Shown here: positions 9,787 to 18,476 of the stretch, one piece after another
Layout of the letters: each line of letters opens with the position of its first letter
Position numbering within the stretch: the first letter of the stretch is position 1
The notes under the pieces: model-generated
What the model was told of the DNA's origin: nothing
Databases searched by the model: none
Seen by the model: only the letters and a program-made list of their open reading frames with translations
Translations under genes and position numbers: made by a program
From: a virus
Virus record (IMG/VR): IMGVR_UViG_3300008117_000049
Location: 71,337-135,336 of that record
Length of the DNA: 64,000 nucleotides
Direction: 5' to 3' (one strand)

Positions 9787-10058
9787 AACGGCTGGCTTGC
9801 TGAACACCGTTAGCAGTTCTAACGGCTCGCCTTTGACGGCAAGCCTGTATAAAAGCCAACGGCTAGCCTTTGACGGCTCGCCCTATAAGCCAACGGCTAG
9901 CAACTAACGGCTAGCCTTTAAAACACTAACGGCAAGCCTTTTTGACGGCTTGCCTTTTACAAACTAACGGCAAGCCTTATAAGAGATAAAAAGCCAACGG
10001 TGAGCCTTTTTACGAGTGGTATGTAGGTAGGCGTGAAAAAAGCCAACGGTAAGCCTTT
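9787..10058 (+). repeat. Cluster 3: about 12 iteron-like RACGG(C/T)NNGCC repeats
   Basis: 9787, 9821, 9835, 9858, 9872, 9892, 9906, 9928, 9944, 9966, 9996, 10045. Confidence 0.9.
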
Positions 10059-10242
10059 TTAATGATTAATTACAAATAAAAATACAGAGGCATTGCGTCT
10101 GGAAAAGTGGAGAAGAAAAACGCAAGAGGGAGAAAAAACATAAAAATACGAAGACATGGGAGAAAAAATGCGAAAAGAGGCGAAAGGAAAAAAAGGCAAC
10201 CCAGGCTGGCCTGGGGGACTTTATTACATAAGCATCTGGTTT

Positions 10243-10410
10243 GGAAGACTTGCATTTCTGGAAGATTTATGTAGTTCTGGAAGATTTGTAAAGATTTGTA
10301 AAGATTTGGAAGATTTGGAAGATTTGGATTTGGTGGGAAGTGGGCTGGAAGTGGCTTTGGGTCGCCTGTTTGGGCTGGAAGTTCGCTTCTGGTGGGCTGG
10401 ACTTGGGTTC
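10243..10410 (+). repeat. Degenerate tandem repeats ((G/A)AAGATTTG and TGGGCTGGA)
   Basis: ggaagattt/aaagatttg repeated about 7 times, followed by tgggctgga repeats. Confidence 0.75.
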
Positions 10411-11030
10411 ATGGGAGAAAGTTGGTTGGAAGGTCGCTTTCCGGGGGGGCCTGGGTAGGTGGTATTTCCATGCAGAATGTTATTAAAACCTCGCTCCTCT
10501 GGCTGAAATGAAGCCTCATCAACAATGGAAGTTCTGTTTGGGAGAAGTTTATTCGCTCAGTGGGAGAAAGTTTGTAAGTATAAGAAGATGATTTACACAT
10601 GTCAAGCGATTTGCAAAATTAATTTCGCATGTCTGCATGGAAAAACTGCCTGGGCGAACAAATAAAAACATAAGATTCATCAGTGTAAAGGTCGGATGGA
10701 GAAAAAAATGAAGAGAAGATTTCTTGTCAGCAAAAAATAACATAAAAATAAAACATGTATAAAACATGTTTGAGAAAAAGTCCAGAAGATTTCTTGTCAG
10801 TAAAAAAAATACGAGTGCGTGCAGTTCCAGGTTCCTGGAATTTCCATGCTTCTTATGTTTTAAATTTCTGCCTCTCGTCTGCTTCCTCTCATCAAATAGA
10901 TTTGATTTCTCATTTGGATTTGGGCTGGGCTGTGCGTGCAGACATTTATAACAGGTTGGTAACAAACATAACACTTGGGAAGTTATTGGCAAGTTATCTG
11001 GTTTTAATTAAGTAGAAAGGTGGTGAAAAT

Positions 11031-11144
11031 ATGGACACTAATGTTTGCGAAACCCCTTGGTGTGACCACGAATTAAGTGGCGATAACATCAAAAGTTGGG
11101 CTGGCAAGAATGGTTATTGTGATTCTTGCTGGTTGCTGGGCTAA
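11031..11144 (+). CDS. Small Cys-rich protein (37 aa)
   Basis: Promoter 10978, RBS aaggtggtg, CETPWC...CDSC, terminator 11161-11190. Confidence 0.65.
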   Translation: MDTNVCETPWCDHELSGDNIKSWAGKNGYCDSCWLLG

Positions 11145-11415
11145 ATAGTTCAGTTTAGATTTCCCCGAATCAGTTGGTTCGGGGATTTCTATTTAATCTG
11201 CTTCTGCAACTCGGATGCAACTCGGATGGAGGGTGCGAAAGTTTCCTGCCGTGTGCATGGAAACCCAGGGGACCTGGAATTTCTTCTGCATCACGGGAAT
11301 CTTTGCGTCAAGAAGTTTGTTGCGTTTGGAGATTATTATAATGATTTGATAACGACAGGAATAAATACGGGGGATTATCCGTTTATGTTAGTGAGATAGA
11401 AAGGAAGTGATTACT

Positions 11416-11589
11416 ATGCCGATACTAAACAGCAAGGGCGAAGCCTTTATTGAGTGCGGGGGTTGCGGAAACCTATTTGACCCAAGCACCGAAGTAAAGA
11501 TTTACGAAACCCACGACTGCGAAACCTACAATGTTTGTAGTGATGAATGCGGTTGTGGCGACCCCGGGTGCGACACAATAGCAAAGTAA
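11416..11589 (+). CDS. Small Cys-rich protein
   Basis: Promoter 11358; CGGC..HDC..CSDECGC; terminator 11606-11636. Confidence 0.7.
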   Translation: MPILNSKGEAFIECGGCGNLFDPSTEVKIYETHDCETYNVCSDECGCGDPGCDTIAK

Positions 11590-11891
11590 TAACTGAATAC
11601 CGCAAGTGCCAACTCCATTCGGGGTTGGCATTTGTGTTTAACGCCGAAACCCAGAGAACGCAGGTGGATGCTGAATTATTTTGAGCCGGGGTTCCTAGAA
11701 TTTCCATGCCCGGTTTTTCGTTTGGATACGCCGTCATTCGCTGTGATGAGTGGTGGGGCTTCCTCATCTATAACATAAGAGAACGCCGACTTGTGTGATA
11801 ACGATTTATAACGATTTGATAACAACGCCGATGCTTGGGAAGTTTTTGTCGGGGGCGGGGGTTATTATAACTATGAAAGGTGGTGATTACT

Positions 11892-12161
11892 ATGGAACTA
11901 AATGACGCGGGGCAACAAGTTGTTGGTGGTATTCCACAAACTAAACTTACGCCGAGTGACCTTGTTAAGTATTGGGGTGCGATTATTGGTGCGAACACCG
12001 ATGGCGACCTAGCAACTTGGCAACACGACACAACTATCGTCAACATCTTTACCTCAAACCAAGATGGAACTTACGACTTCTCAACTTACATAGAAGAAGA
12101 CTTAGAGGGCCGGGATTTGGATTTTGTGATGGAGATGGTCGACCAGCAGTTGTTTATCTAA
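11892..12161 (+). CDS. Hypothetical protein
   Basis: Promoter 11838; RBS aaggtggtg. Confidence 0.75.
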   Translation: MELNDAGQQVVGGIPQTKLTPSDLVKYWGAIIGANTDGDLATWQHDTTIVNIFTSNQDGTYDFSTYIEEDLEGRDLDFVMEMVDQQLFI

Positions 12162-12238
12162 ACCAATGCCGAACCCTCTGGGAATAATTTGTCAGGGGGT
12201 TCGGTTATTATTCTTTTACACCGAGAGGAGGTGGGACT

Positions 12239-12472
12239 ATGGAACTAACAGCAGTAGAAGAGCAAGCAGTAAAGGCTATCTACACCGATTATCACAATGG
12301 GACAACTAACGCCGATGAAGCGTTGCACGCTTTGGAGCAACTAATCAATGGTGGACTATTGCCTTGCGATAAGTGCGGGGAGAAGATAGAAGCAGATACA
12401 CACGCCGAAGAACTTGGTATGTGCGTTGAATGCTCAAACGCTTTCTTTACTCACAAAGACGAGGCAAACTAA
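12239..12472 (+). CDS. Small Zn-finger protein
   Basis: Promoter 12181; RBS gaggagg; CDKC...CVEC. Confidence 0.75.
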   Translation: MELTAVEEQAVKAIYTDYHNGTTNADEALHALEQLINGGLLPCDKCGEKIEADTHAEELGMCVECSNAFFTHKDEAN

Positions 12473-12596
12473 CACCGAATCTTCCAAACACGACCCTCAA
12501 CTCAGGTTGGGGGTTTTGTTTTGCTGGGCTCGGCTGGGTGGGCTGCCGAATTTTCCATTCCCTAAACGCCGTGTTATTTTATTTTTAGAAAAAGTA

Positions 12597-12625
12597 TTGA
12601 CATCCGCTGGGGCAATGTTTATAAT
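12597..12625 (+). promoter_or_regulatory. Consensus housekeeping-sigma promoter TTGACA-N17-TATAAT
   Basis: Exact consensus; similar promoters at 4832, 5509, 15057, 15637, 19705. Confidence 0.8.
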
Positions 12626-12649
12626 AAAGTTATGCGAAAGGAGGAACTC

Positions 12650-12862
12650 ATGCATGAATACGAAAAAACTTTACAAAAGTTATGTGCCGAACTTGTTGTT
12701 GAGCAAGGAAAGAACGCGGTTTTTGACTTCGTGAAGCAAAATCATAGAGAACTGAGTTGGTATTTCTGTCTGGAATGCAAAAGTGAGTGTCCTGCGACAT
12801 CAAATCAAGTTTGTTTGGTGTGCGGTGCAAACATTTTTGATGAAGACGACCCAACCATCTAA
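12650..12862 (+). CDS. Small Zn-finger protein
   Basis: RBS aaggagg; CLEC...CLVC. Confidence 0.75.
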   Translation: MHEYEKTLQKLCAELVVEQGKNAVFDFVKQNHRELSWYFCLECKSECPATSNQVCLVCGANIFDEDDPTI

Positions 12863-13006
12863 AAAGTATCCCGTATTGGAGAAAAAAGCCGATGCGGGAT
12901 AGTTTTTTGTTCGCCATGGGCATGGAAAATGCGGCGACCCTGACTTGACTTTTGTTTTATTATCTGGGACAATGTAATCAACAACCAATACCGAAAGGAG
13001 ATGAAA

Positions 13007-13138
13007 ATGGAATACGAGTTTCTATTTACGATGTGGGAGTGCACCGCTTGTGCTCACCTTTACAATAACGAGCAAGAAAAATGCACGAACTGCCACAACG
13101 AGTGCAAACCTATAAAAATTAAAGGCGTAAGAGCCTAA
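13007..13138 (+). CDS. Small rubredoxin-like Zn-ribbon protein (43 aa)
   Basis: RBS gaaaggag; WECTAC...CTNC. Confidence 0.65.
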   Translation: MEYEFLFTMWECTACAHLYNNEQEKCTNCHNECKPIKIKGVRA

Positions 13139-13248
13139 ACCCCCGTTATCAAATTGTTATGAACTGCCGATAGAAATACTTGACTAATTTGTGCCGTAGG
13201 GTATAGATTTGCTGTATGGCAACAAAATCTCTCGGAAAGGAGAACGCA

Positions 13249-13428
13249 ATGAAAATTGTTATTGCTTTGCTAGGTATGTGGTGTTTTTGGAATTGTCTTC
13301 GCATCACCGACCAACTCGGACACGCCTTTATCTTTGGTGGAAACTTACCTGCTCTATGGGCTGGGCTTTTGCTTTTCTTCTCTGGGTTTGTGGGCTGTGT
13401 AGTGTATCTGTTTGGAAACAGGGAATAA
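13249..13428 (+). CDS. Small membrane protein
   Basis: RBS gaaaggag; two hydrophobic segments. Confidence 0.65.
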   Translation: MKIVIALLGMWCFWNCLRITDQLGHAFIFGGNLPALWAGLLLFFSGFVGCVVYLFGNRE

Positions 13429-13479
13429 AATGTCTGCCGTTTTAGTTATAGTAATTATCAAGAAAGGAATTGATAACTA

Positions 13480-13695
13480 ATGGAAAAAACAAAAATAAGA
13501 GTAGAACTGATTTCTACTTCCGACCCTTATACAAATCTAACTAAGGGTGCATTAGGAACTAAGGTGATGGAATACATTGACCCTTGGGGATACCGAACAA
13601 TTGTAGTGCAATGGGACAATGGCTCTAACCTAAGTCTTATCGAAGGTTCGGGAGATAGTTGGAGAGAGATTACGGAAGTGGTGGATAATGTATAA
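13480..13695 (+). CDS. DUF4314-like protein
   Basis: RVELISTSDPY..L..G..GT...D..G...VQWDNGSNLSLI. Confidence 0.75.
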   Translation: MEKTKIRVELISTSDPYTNLTKGALGTKVMEYIDPWGYRTIVVQWDNGSNLSLIEGSGDSWREITEVVDNV

Positions 13696-13891
13696 CTATT
13701 CATCAGCAACTTATACAGTCACTCTGACCACAAACTCTACGAGTTACATTACGAGTGTTACAACACCGACAACTGACCAAGAAGAAATTATTGACTTGGC
13801 GATAGAACGCATAAAAGAAGAAGATGGTTTTGACTTATCTAATCACAAGTTAGTTGATACCGATGTAGAAGTATTGGAAGTGTGGGACTAA
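13688..13891 (+). CDS. Hypothetical protein
   Basis: Overlapping start/stop coupling. Confidence 0.65.
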   Translation: MYNYSSATYTVTLTTNSTSYITSVTTPTTDQEEIIDLAIERIKEEDGFDLSNHKLVDTDVEVLEVWD

Positions 13892-14169
13892 TGAGTGCTA
13901 CCGATTACAACGACCTAAGCCGACACATAGGACACGATGTAGTAGTTGTGACCTATGCCGATACTAATGTCGCCATTGAGTGCGAAGAGTGTAGTGAAGT
14001 GCTACTGGACTTTGACAAAGAAGTTGAGTGCGAGAACCACACTTGGACTTTACAAATGAACATAGCCAACACCCCGACACAGAACTGGTGCGAAGAGTGT
14101 GGAGCAACTGAACCTGCCGACCCTGAAGATGTGGCAGAACAAATCCGACTATTAGGAGAGAACGACTAA
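13891..14169 (+). CDS. Zn-binding hypothetical protein
   Basis: HIGHDVVVVTY...AIECEEC; TAATG coupling. Confidence 0.7.
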   Translation: MSATDYNDLSRHIGHDVVVVTYADTNVAIECEECSEVLLDFDKEVECENHTWTLQMNIANTPTQNWCEECGATEPADPEDVAEQIRLLGEND

Positions 14170-14292
14170 TGAACGATAAAGAAAAAGAACTAATCAACAA
14201 TAAAGAAAAAGCGTTGATAAATGTTAGAACCATTCAGATTTGTTTGCGTATGGGTTTGACTATGGAACAAATTAAGAAAGTGCTGGATAAAA

Positions 14293-14685
14293 ATGAATCA
14301 GGAAACTAAAATCAACACCGAAAGATTATCCCCTGAGTTTTATGTCTGGGAAACTGGATACGAAGAAGTCTGGGCTGATAAAGATAATCCATTTTTCGTA
14401 GTGCGAAATGGCGAAATGCGTATCCACAAAACCGAAAAAGATGGAAGTGTAAAGATAATCAGATACACCGATGCTTTGCTAAAAGAAATCAGCAACGATG
14501 GGGAACTTAGCAAATTGTATGAACAAGATGAAGAACTGCTAACAATAGTTATGAACCCTTGGTTTGAGATTTACTCTATCCATCACACCGACTACTACTC
14601 TGAGCCGTTTTCTGAACTGGACAAGGCGATAGATTACGCAAGAGAAATGCTGGTGAAGTATCCCGATGGGATAGTTACCGACTAA
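14293..14685 (+). CDS. Hypothetical protein
   Basis: 130-aa ORF in the operon. Confidence 0.75.
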   Translation: MNQETKINTERLSPEFYVWETGYEEVWADKDNPFFVVRNGEMRIHKTEKDGSVKIIRYTDALLKEISNDGELSKLYEQDEELLTIVMNPWFEIYSIHHTDYYSEPFSELDKAIDYAREMLVKYPDGIVTD

Positions 14686-14786
14686 AAGAGAGAAAGAGAA
14701 ACTGGCTTGGGAAACCGAGCCTTTTTCTTTATGCCGAAGATGGCGTGGGCAGCCTGTTTTTCCGTTCACAATGCTACCTTTGTAGC

Positions 14787-15059
14787 ATGTCCTTTCACTC
14801 TGCTACACCGATAAAACTGCTTGACGCGTTTGATGAACGCATCTCTTTTCTTTACTTCCTTTCAGGTGGGGTGCATGATGGGAGAATAGTTCTGATTTCC
14901 TCGTTGGCGAGGCAGGATTATGAAGAAACAAGTGTCTTTCTCTGTAATGATTTGGAGGGAGATGATGTGGACTGGGGTAATTCGTTATCAACTATCCCGT
15001 ATGTGGATACCGAAGATGCACTCAACAGGATAGGATACACAACGAAGATTTCCTCTTGA
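14787..15059 (+). CDS. Hypothetical protein, possibly leaderless
   Basis: TACCTT-N6-ATG; no RBS. Confidence 0.55.
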   Translation: MSFHSATPIKLLDAFDERISFLYFLSGGVHDGRIVLISSLARQDYEETSVFLCNDLEGDDVDWGNSLSTIPYVDTEDALNRIGYTTKISS

Positions 15060-15119
15060 CATGGAAAAACCTGCCGCCTACAATAAAACACAAGACGATA
15101 ATGACAAAAGGAGATGCCG

Positions 15120-15617
15120 ATGGGCACGACTGTTGATGGATTGAAGCCGACTCACGCCGTAGGAGAGTCGTTCAGTAGAAATGTGTGGGGCTGGACTCCA
15201 CTGAAGAACTATGTTCTTGAAAATCACAACAAATACGAGAAAGCCTTTCTTGATGGCAAACTCACTAAACTCCAAGCAAGCAGACTGGCCGATGCTCTGT
15301 TTGAAGACATCGCAAGTGGCAAGGCCGAGAAATATGCCGATAACTTTATGCTCACTGTAAAAGCAGAGCCAACTGTCGTATGTGAAATCTGTGCTGGCAC
15401 TGGTATTCGTGCCGATGAACTTGGAAAAGAAAAGGGTATGGACAAGATGGAGTTAGTGGCTCTGCTTGCCGAACAAGTTGGTAGGACACACGGATATTGC
15501 AATGGCTGTGGTGGGTTTGGCTCAAGGAAGACCAACAACAGTAGTTATTACTTAGAAGTAGAAGATATCCAAGAGTTCGCCGAGTTTCTCAAAAACTCAG
15601 GTGGAGCAAACTGGTAA
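15120..15617 (+). CDS. Protein with DnaJ-type CxxCxGxG Zn motifs, paralog A
   Basis: RNVWGW.PL, CEICAGTG, CNGCGGFG. Confidence 0.75.
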   Translation: MGTTVDGLKPTHAVGESFSRNVWGWTPLKNYVLENHNKYEKAFLDGKLTKLQASRLADALFEDIASGKAEKYADNFMLTVKAEPTVVCEICAGTGIRADELGKEKGMDKMELVALLAEQVGRTHGYCNGCGGFGSRKTNNSSYYLEVEDIQEFAEFLKNSGGANW

Positions 15618-15710
15618 AAAATCTTTTGCGACACGCTTGACAAATGTCAGTGCCGTTGTGTAGATTTCATATATACCAAATGGTAACAACAAACGATTGG
15701 AGAAAATACT

Positions 15711-16226
15711 ATGGGTATGGATGTATATGGCAAGAGCCCTAAGAACGAAACTGGCGAGTACTTCCGCCGTAATGTTTGGGGCTGGCGACCACTCTGGGAC
15801 TACTGCGTTGATAACTTCAACGACCTAGTTGGCGAAGTATCTGGACATTACAACGATGGCGATGGATTGAACAACGCTGGCAGTTTGGAACTAGCACGCC
15901 GAATTAGAGAACAACTAAAAACTGGTGAGGCTAAGGATTACATTGAAAAGCGTAATTCTCGTTTAGCATCACTTGAACGACCTAACTGCGAACTCTGCCA
16001 AGGAACTGGTATTCGTACCGATGCACTTGGCGTAGAGCACAAGATGCCGATTAGAGAACTTTCACCTGAGATGGCATCACTAACTAATCGCACACATGGT
16101 TGGTGTAATGGTTGCGATGGCGAAGGTAAGAAAGATGCGTGGGAAACTTCCTACTCACTTGACCTTGATGATTTAGAAGAGTTTGCCGAGTTCCTAGAGA
16201 ACTCTGGTGGATTTGAGATTTGCTAA
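15711..16226 (+). CDS. Protein with DnaJ-type CxxCxGxG Zn motifs, paralog B
   Basis: RNVWGWRPL, CELCQGTG, CNGCDGEG, EFAEFL.NSGG. Confidence 0.8.
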   Translation: MGMDVYGKSPKNETGEYFRRNVWGWRPLWDYCVDNFNDLVGEVSGHYNDGDGLNNAGSLELARRIREQLKTGEAKDYIEKRNSRLASLERPNCELCQGTGIRTDALGVEHKMPIRELSPEMASLTNRTHGWCNGCDGEGKKDAWETSYSLDLDDLEEFAEFLENSGGFEIC

Positions 16227-16264
16227 TGAAAGAGCAAACACAACTCACGAAAGGAGGGGTAAAA

Positions 16265-16507
16265 GTGAGAGCAAATATGACAAAAAAGAACGCCGATGCT
16301 AGTTGGGATTGGTTTGTTGCTATGTACACAAAGCGTGGCTACAAATCTCTAAACCAATTTGCGATGGCTACTGGAATGCAGAAAAGCAGTCTAAGTAGAT
16401 ACTTCCATCAGCAACGACAGTTGCCGTCAGGTATGATGGCAAAACTCTGCCAAGAACTCAAAGTCACGCCAAACGAGATGATGAAAGCACTTGGTATGTG
16501 GCAGTAA
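16265..16507 (+). CDS. XRE-type helix-turn-helix protein
   Basis: SLNQFAMATGMQKSSLSRY...KLCQELKV; RBS aaggagg; start uncertain. Confidence 0.7.
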   Translation: MRANMTKKNADASWDWFVAMYTKRGYKSLNQFAMATGMQKSSLSRYFHQQRQLPSGMMAKLCQELKVTPNEMMKALGMWQ

Positions 16508-16527
16508 ACCCCGCTATTTAGTAGCAA

Positions 16528-16556
16528 ACACCTGAGCCAAGTGTCTAAACTGGCTC
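16528..16556 (+). ncRNA. Putative H-type pseudoknot element, copy 3
   Basis: acac-ctgagccaa-gtgt-ctaaac-tggctc. Confidence 0.6.
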
Positions 16557-16675
16557 TTTTTACACATAAACACCGATTTATGTGGGTAAAATATTACCTA
16601 TAACTGAATATGTATTGGGAGAACCAAAACAAACAACGACCAAGTACTAACTAACAAGGAAAGGTAGGTCGCCTA

Positions 16676-17257
16676 ATGAAATGGTTGCTGACAATAACAA
16701 TGGCTTTGTTGCTCAATGGGTGTGTATCATCTTCGGCAATAGCAAGTCAGTTAGCAAAAGATGAAGTGACAAGGAGTGTGGAAACTCAACAAATTGTCGC
16801 ATCAAAGAACATTTTCAATAACCCCGTAATATCTAAATCCACTTCGTTTGCGAAGTATGCGGAAAGTATTGAAAATAGAAAAAAACTGAATAAAGTCGTA
16901 ATCCGATTAATACACCGAGTAGGTAAAACCCCCTATGTTCCGACTGGTTCATCTATTTATGGGTGGGACTGCTCTGGGATGGTCAGATGGGCTTACGAGC
17001 AACTGGGTGTAGAAGTACCACACTCAGCAACAGCACAAGCGTATGTTGGTGAAAGAGTATCTAAGAAAGAACGAAAAGTTGGAGATATAGTAATCTTTGG
17101 CTATCGTGGCTCTAAGAGTTTCTACCACTCCGCTATTTACATTGGTAAGGACAAGGTAGTAAATGCCAATCGTGGATTTGGTGGAACTCACATACAGCCA
17201 CTCTCCGATTACGAAAACAACAGAATAATCTATGTTCGGGTAATACCGACTGCGTAA
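16676..17257 (+). CDS. Secreted NlpC/P60 cell-wall endopeptidase
   Basis: N-terminal signal/lipobox-like segment; GKTPY..GWDCSG; HSAIYIG. Confidence 0.9.
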   Translation: MKWLLTITMALLLNGCVSSSAIASQLAKDEVTRSVETQQIVASKNIFNNPVISKSTSFAKYAESIENRKKLNKVVIRLIHRVGKTPYVPTGSSIYGWDCSGMVRWAYEQLGVEVPHSATAQAYVGERVSKKERKVGDIVIFGYRGSKSFYHSAIYIGKDKVVNANRGFGGTHIQPLSDYENNRIIYVRVIPTA

Positions 17258-17398
17258 AGATAAACTTCAGGAACTCCCCGTCAGAAATGGCGGGGATTTC
17301 TCCTTCCTGGGCCGCCATTTTTTCTGTGCGTTTCCACTTGACAATGGGAATAAATTCCTATAAGTTTTAGTTATTGAATACATACCGAAAGGATTCAA

Positions 17399-17608
17399 AT
17401 GAAAACAATGATTGTTTCAATACCACTGGGACTGGGGCTACTTGCTTTGGGGCTCAGTATCAAGGCTGGCACACTGTCAATCAGTGCCGATAAGTTAGCC
17501 ATACTCCTATCATCAATCACTCTTGTAGTTGGGGGTTTTGCTGGGCTCATCTTTGCTTGGCAGAACAGACCACTGGCTCTTCGTAGAAATGTCAGGAGCA
17601 GAAGATAA
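17399..17608 (+). CDS. Small membrane protein
   Basis: Two hydrophobic helices; promoter 17347. Confidence 0.7.
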   Translation: MKTMIVSIPLGLGLLALGLSIKAGTLSISADKLAILLSSITLVVGGFAGLIFAWQNRPLALRRNVRSRR

Positions 17609-18432
17609 TGACTACACCGATTATTATTGACACACAAATCGCAGAACTACTTGCGTCTATTGAGTCAAAGAACATAAGCATCCACTCACTGAATCAGTCA
17701 ATCGAGTACAACAAGAAGCACTCTTGGATGGGCAAAGAAGTGGAGCAAAAAGAAATCAAACGAGATGCTCTCGAAAAAGAACTTGCCGTCGACAAGGAAA
17801 AACTGGCAGCCCTCAAGGCACTCTACACAGGATGGTCCCGTGCCTACCTTGTGCGGAATAGCAATGGGCACATTCACAAGAGTCGTAATTGCGGAACCTG
17901 CTTTCCTACTACTCAGTATGTTTGGCTTACCGAGATGTCAGGTCGAGATGAACTTGAGATTGCGTTTCTTGCTGGCGAGAAAGCCTGTACTGTTTGCTAT
18001 GCTCACGCCCCATCTGCTTACTTCCTCAGACAATGCGAGTTGGAAGACCCAGAGGTAGTAGAGGCACGCCGTCTTCGTCAGGTTCGTAAGGCTGAGATTG
18101 AGGCTAAGCGTTTGAAGACTGGTATCTGGAATCCAGATGGCACACCGCTAGTAGTGCTTGAATACGCATTTAGCAGATACAAGACTGAGGTCAAGGCAGA
18201 GCGTACTGCTCAGTCAATTGCCGTCAATATGCTAGTTGGTATTCAAAGCATGGGTCGCACACCTGAAGAGATTGAGCGTAGCCAAGAGTCACTTGACACC
18301 ATCTTGGTTGCTTTGGCACACAAGCGAGGAACTTCGGTTGAGGAGCAGAGAATTCTAATCCAAGCCAAAGCCGATGCTCAAATCAAAAAGAACAAGCGTA
18401 ATTATCCAGATGTAAATTGGACTACAAGATAA
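17608..18432 (+). CDS. Hypothetical protein with coiled coil and His/Cys cluster
   Basis: WSRAYLV..GHIH...CGTC...CTVC. Confidence 0.8.
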   Translation: MTTPIIIDTQIAELLASIESKNISIHSLNQSIEYNKKHSWMGKEVEQKEIKRDALEKELAVDKEKLAALKALYTGWSRAYLVRNSNGHIHKSRNCGTCFPTTQYVWLTEMSGRDELEIAFLAGEKACTVCYAHAPSAYFLRQCELEDPEVVEARRLRQVRKAEIEAKRLKTGIWNPDGTPLVVLEYAFSRYKTEVKAERTAQSIAVNMLVGIQSMGRTPEEIERSQESLDTILVALAHKRGTSVEEQRILIQAKADAQIKKNKRNYPDVNWTTR

Positions 18433-18476
18433 GAGTTTTGGCTTAGGTTATAATTGGAATACTTACAGTAAGGATT

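Larger units (their letters stand above)
3615..12929. repeat. Dispersed intergenic TTTCCATGC / GCATGGAAA repeat family
   Basis: Half-sites at about 3615, 3635/3646, 7294, 7314/7324, 7951, 8897/8917, 10465, 10635, 10841, 11255, 11701, 12920, often as inverted pairs. Confidence 0.85.
1078..17372 (+). promoter_or_regulatory. 13 dispersed ECF-sigma (SigR/SigH-type) promoters GGAA(T/G)-N18-GTT
   Basis: GGAAK at 1078, 3747, 4117, 6381, 7470, 8087, 9071, 10978, 11358, 11838, 12181, 13422, 17347; each followed by exactly 18 nt, then GTT, and lying upstream of an RBS and ORF. Confidence 0.8.

Noticed and set aside
9787-10058. Possible CRISPR array
   Set aside because: Repeats are only about 11 bp and degenerate, spacers are irregular (3-38 bp) and partly repeated, and no cas genes are in the window
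10156-10992. ORFs in the long intergenic tract
   Set aside because: Translations mirror low-complexity repeats; no RBS or protein-like composition
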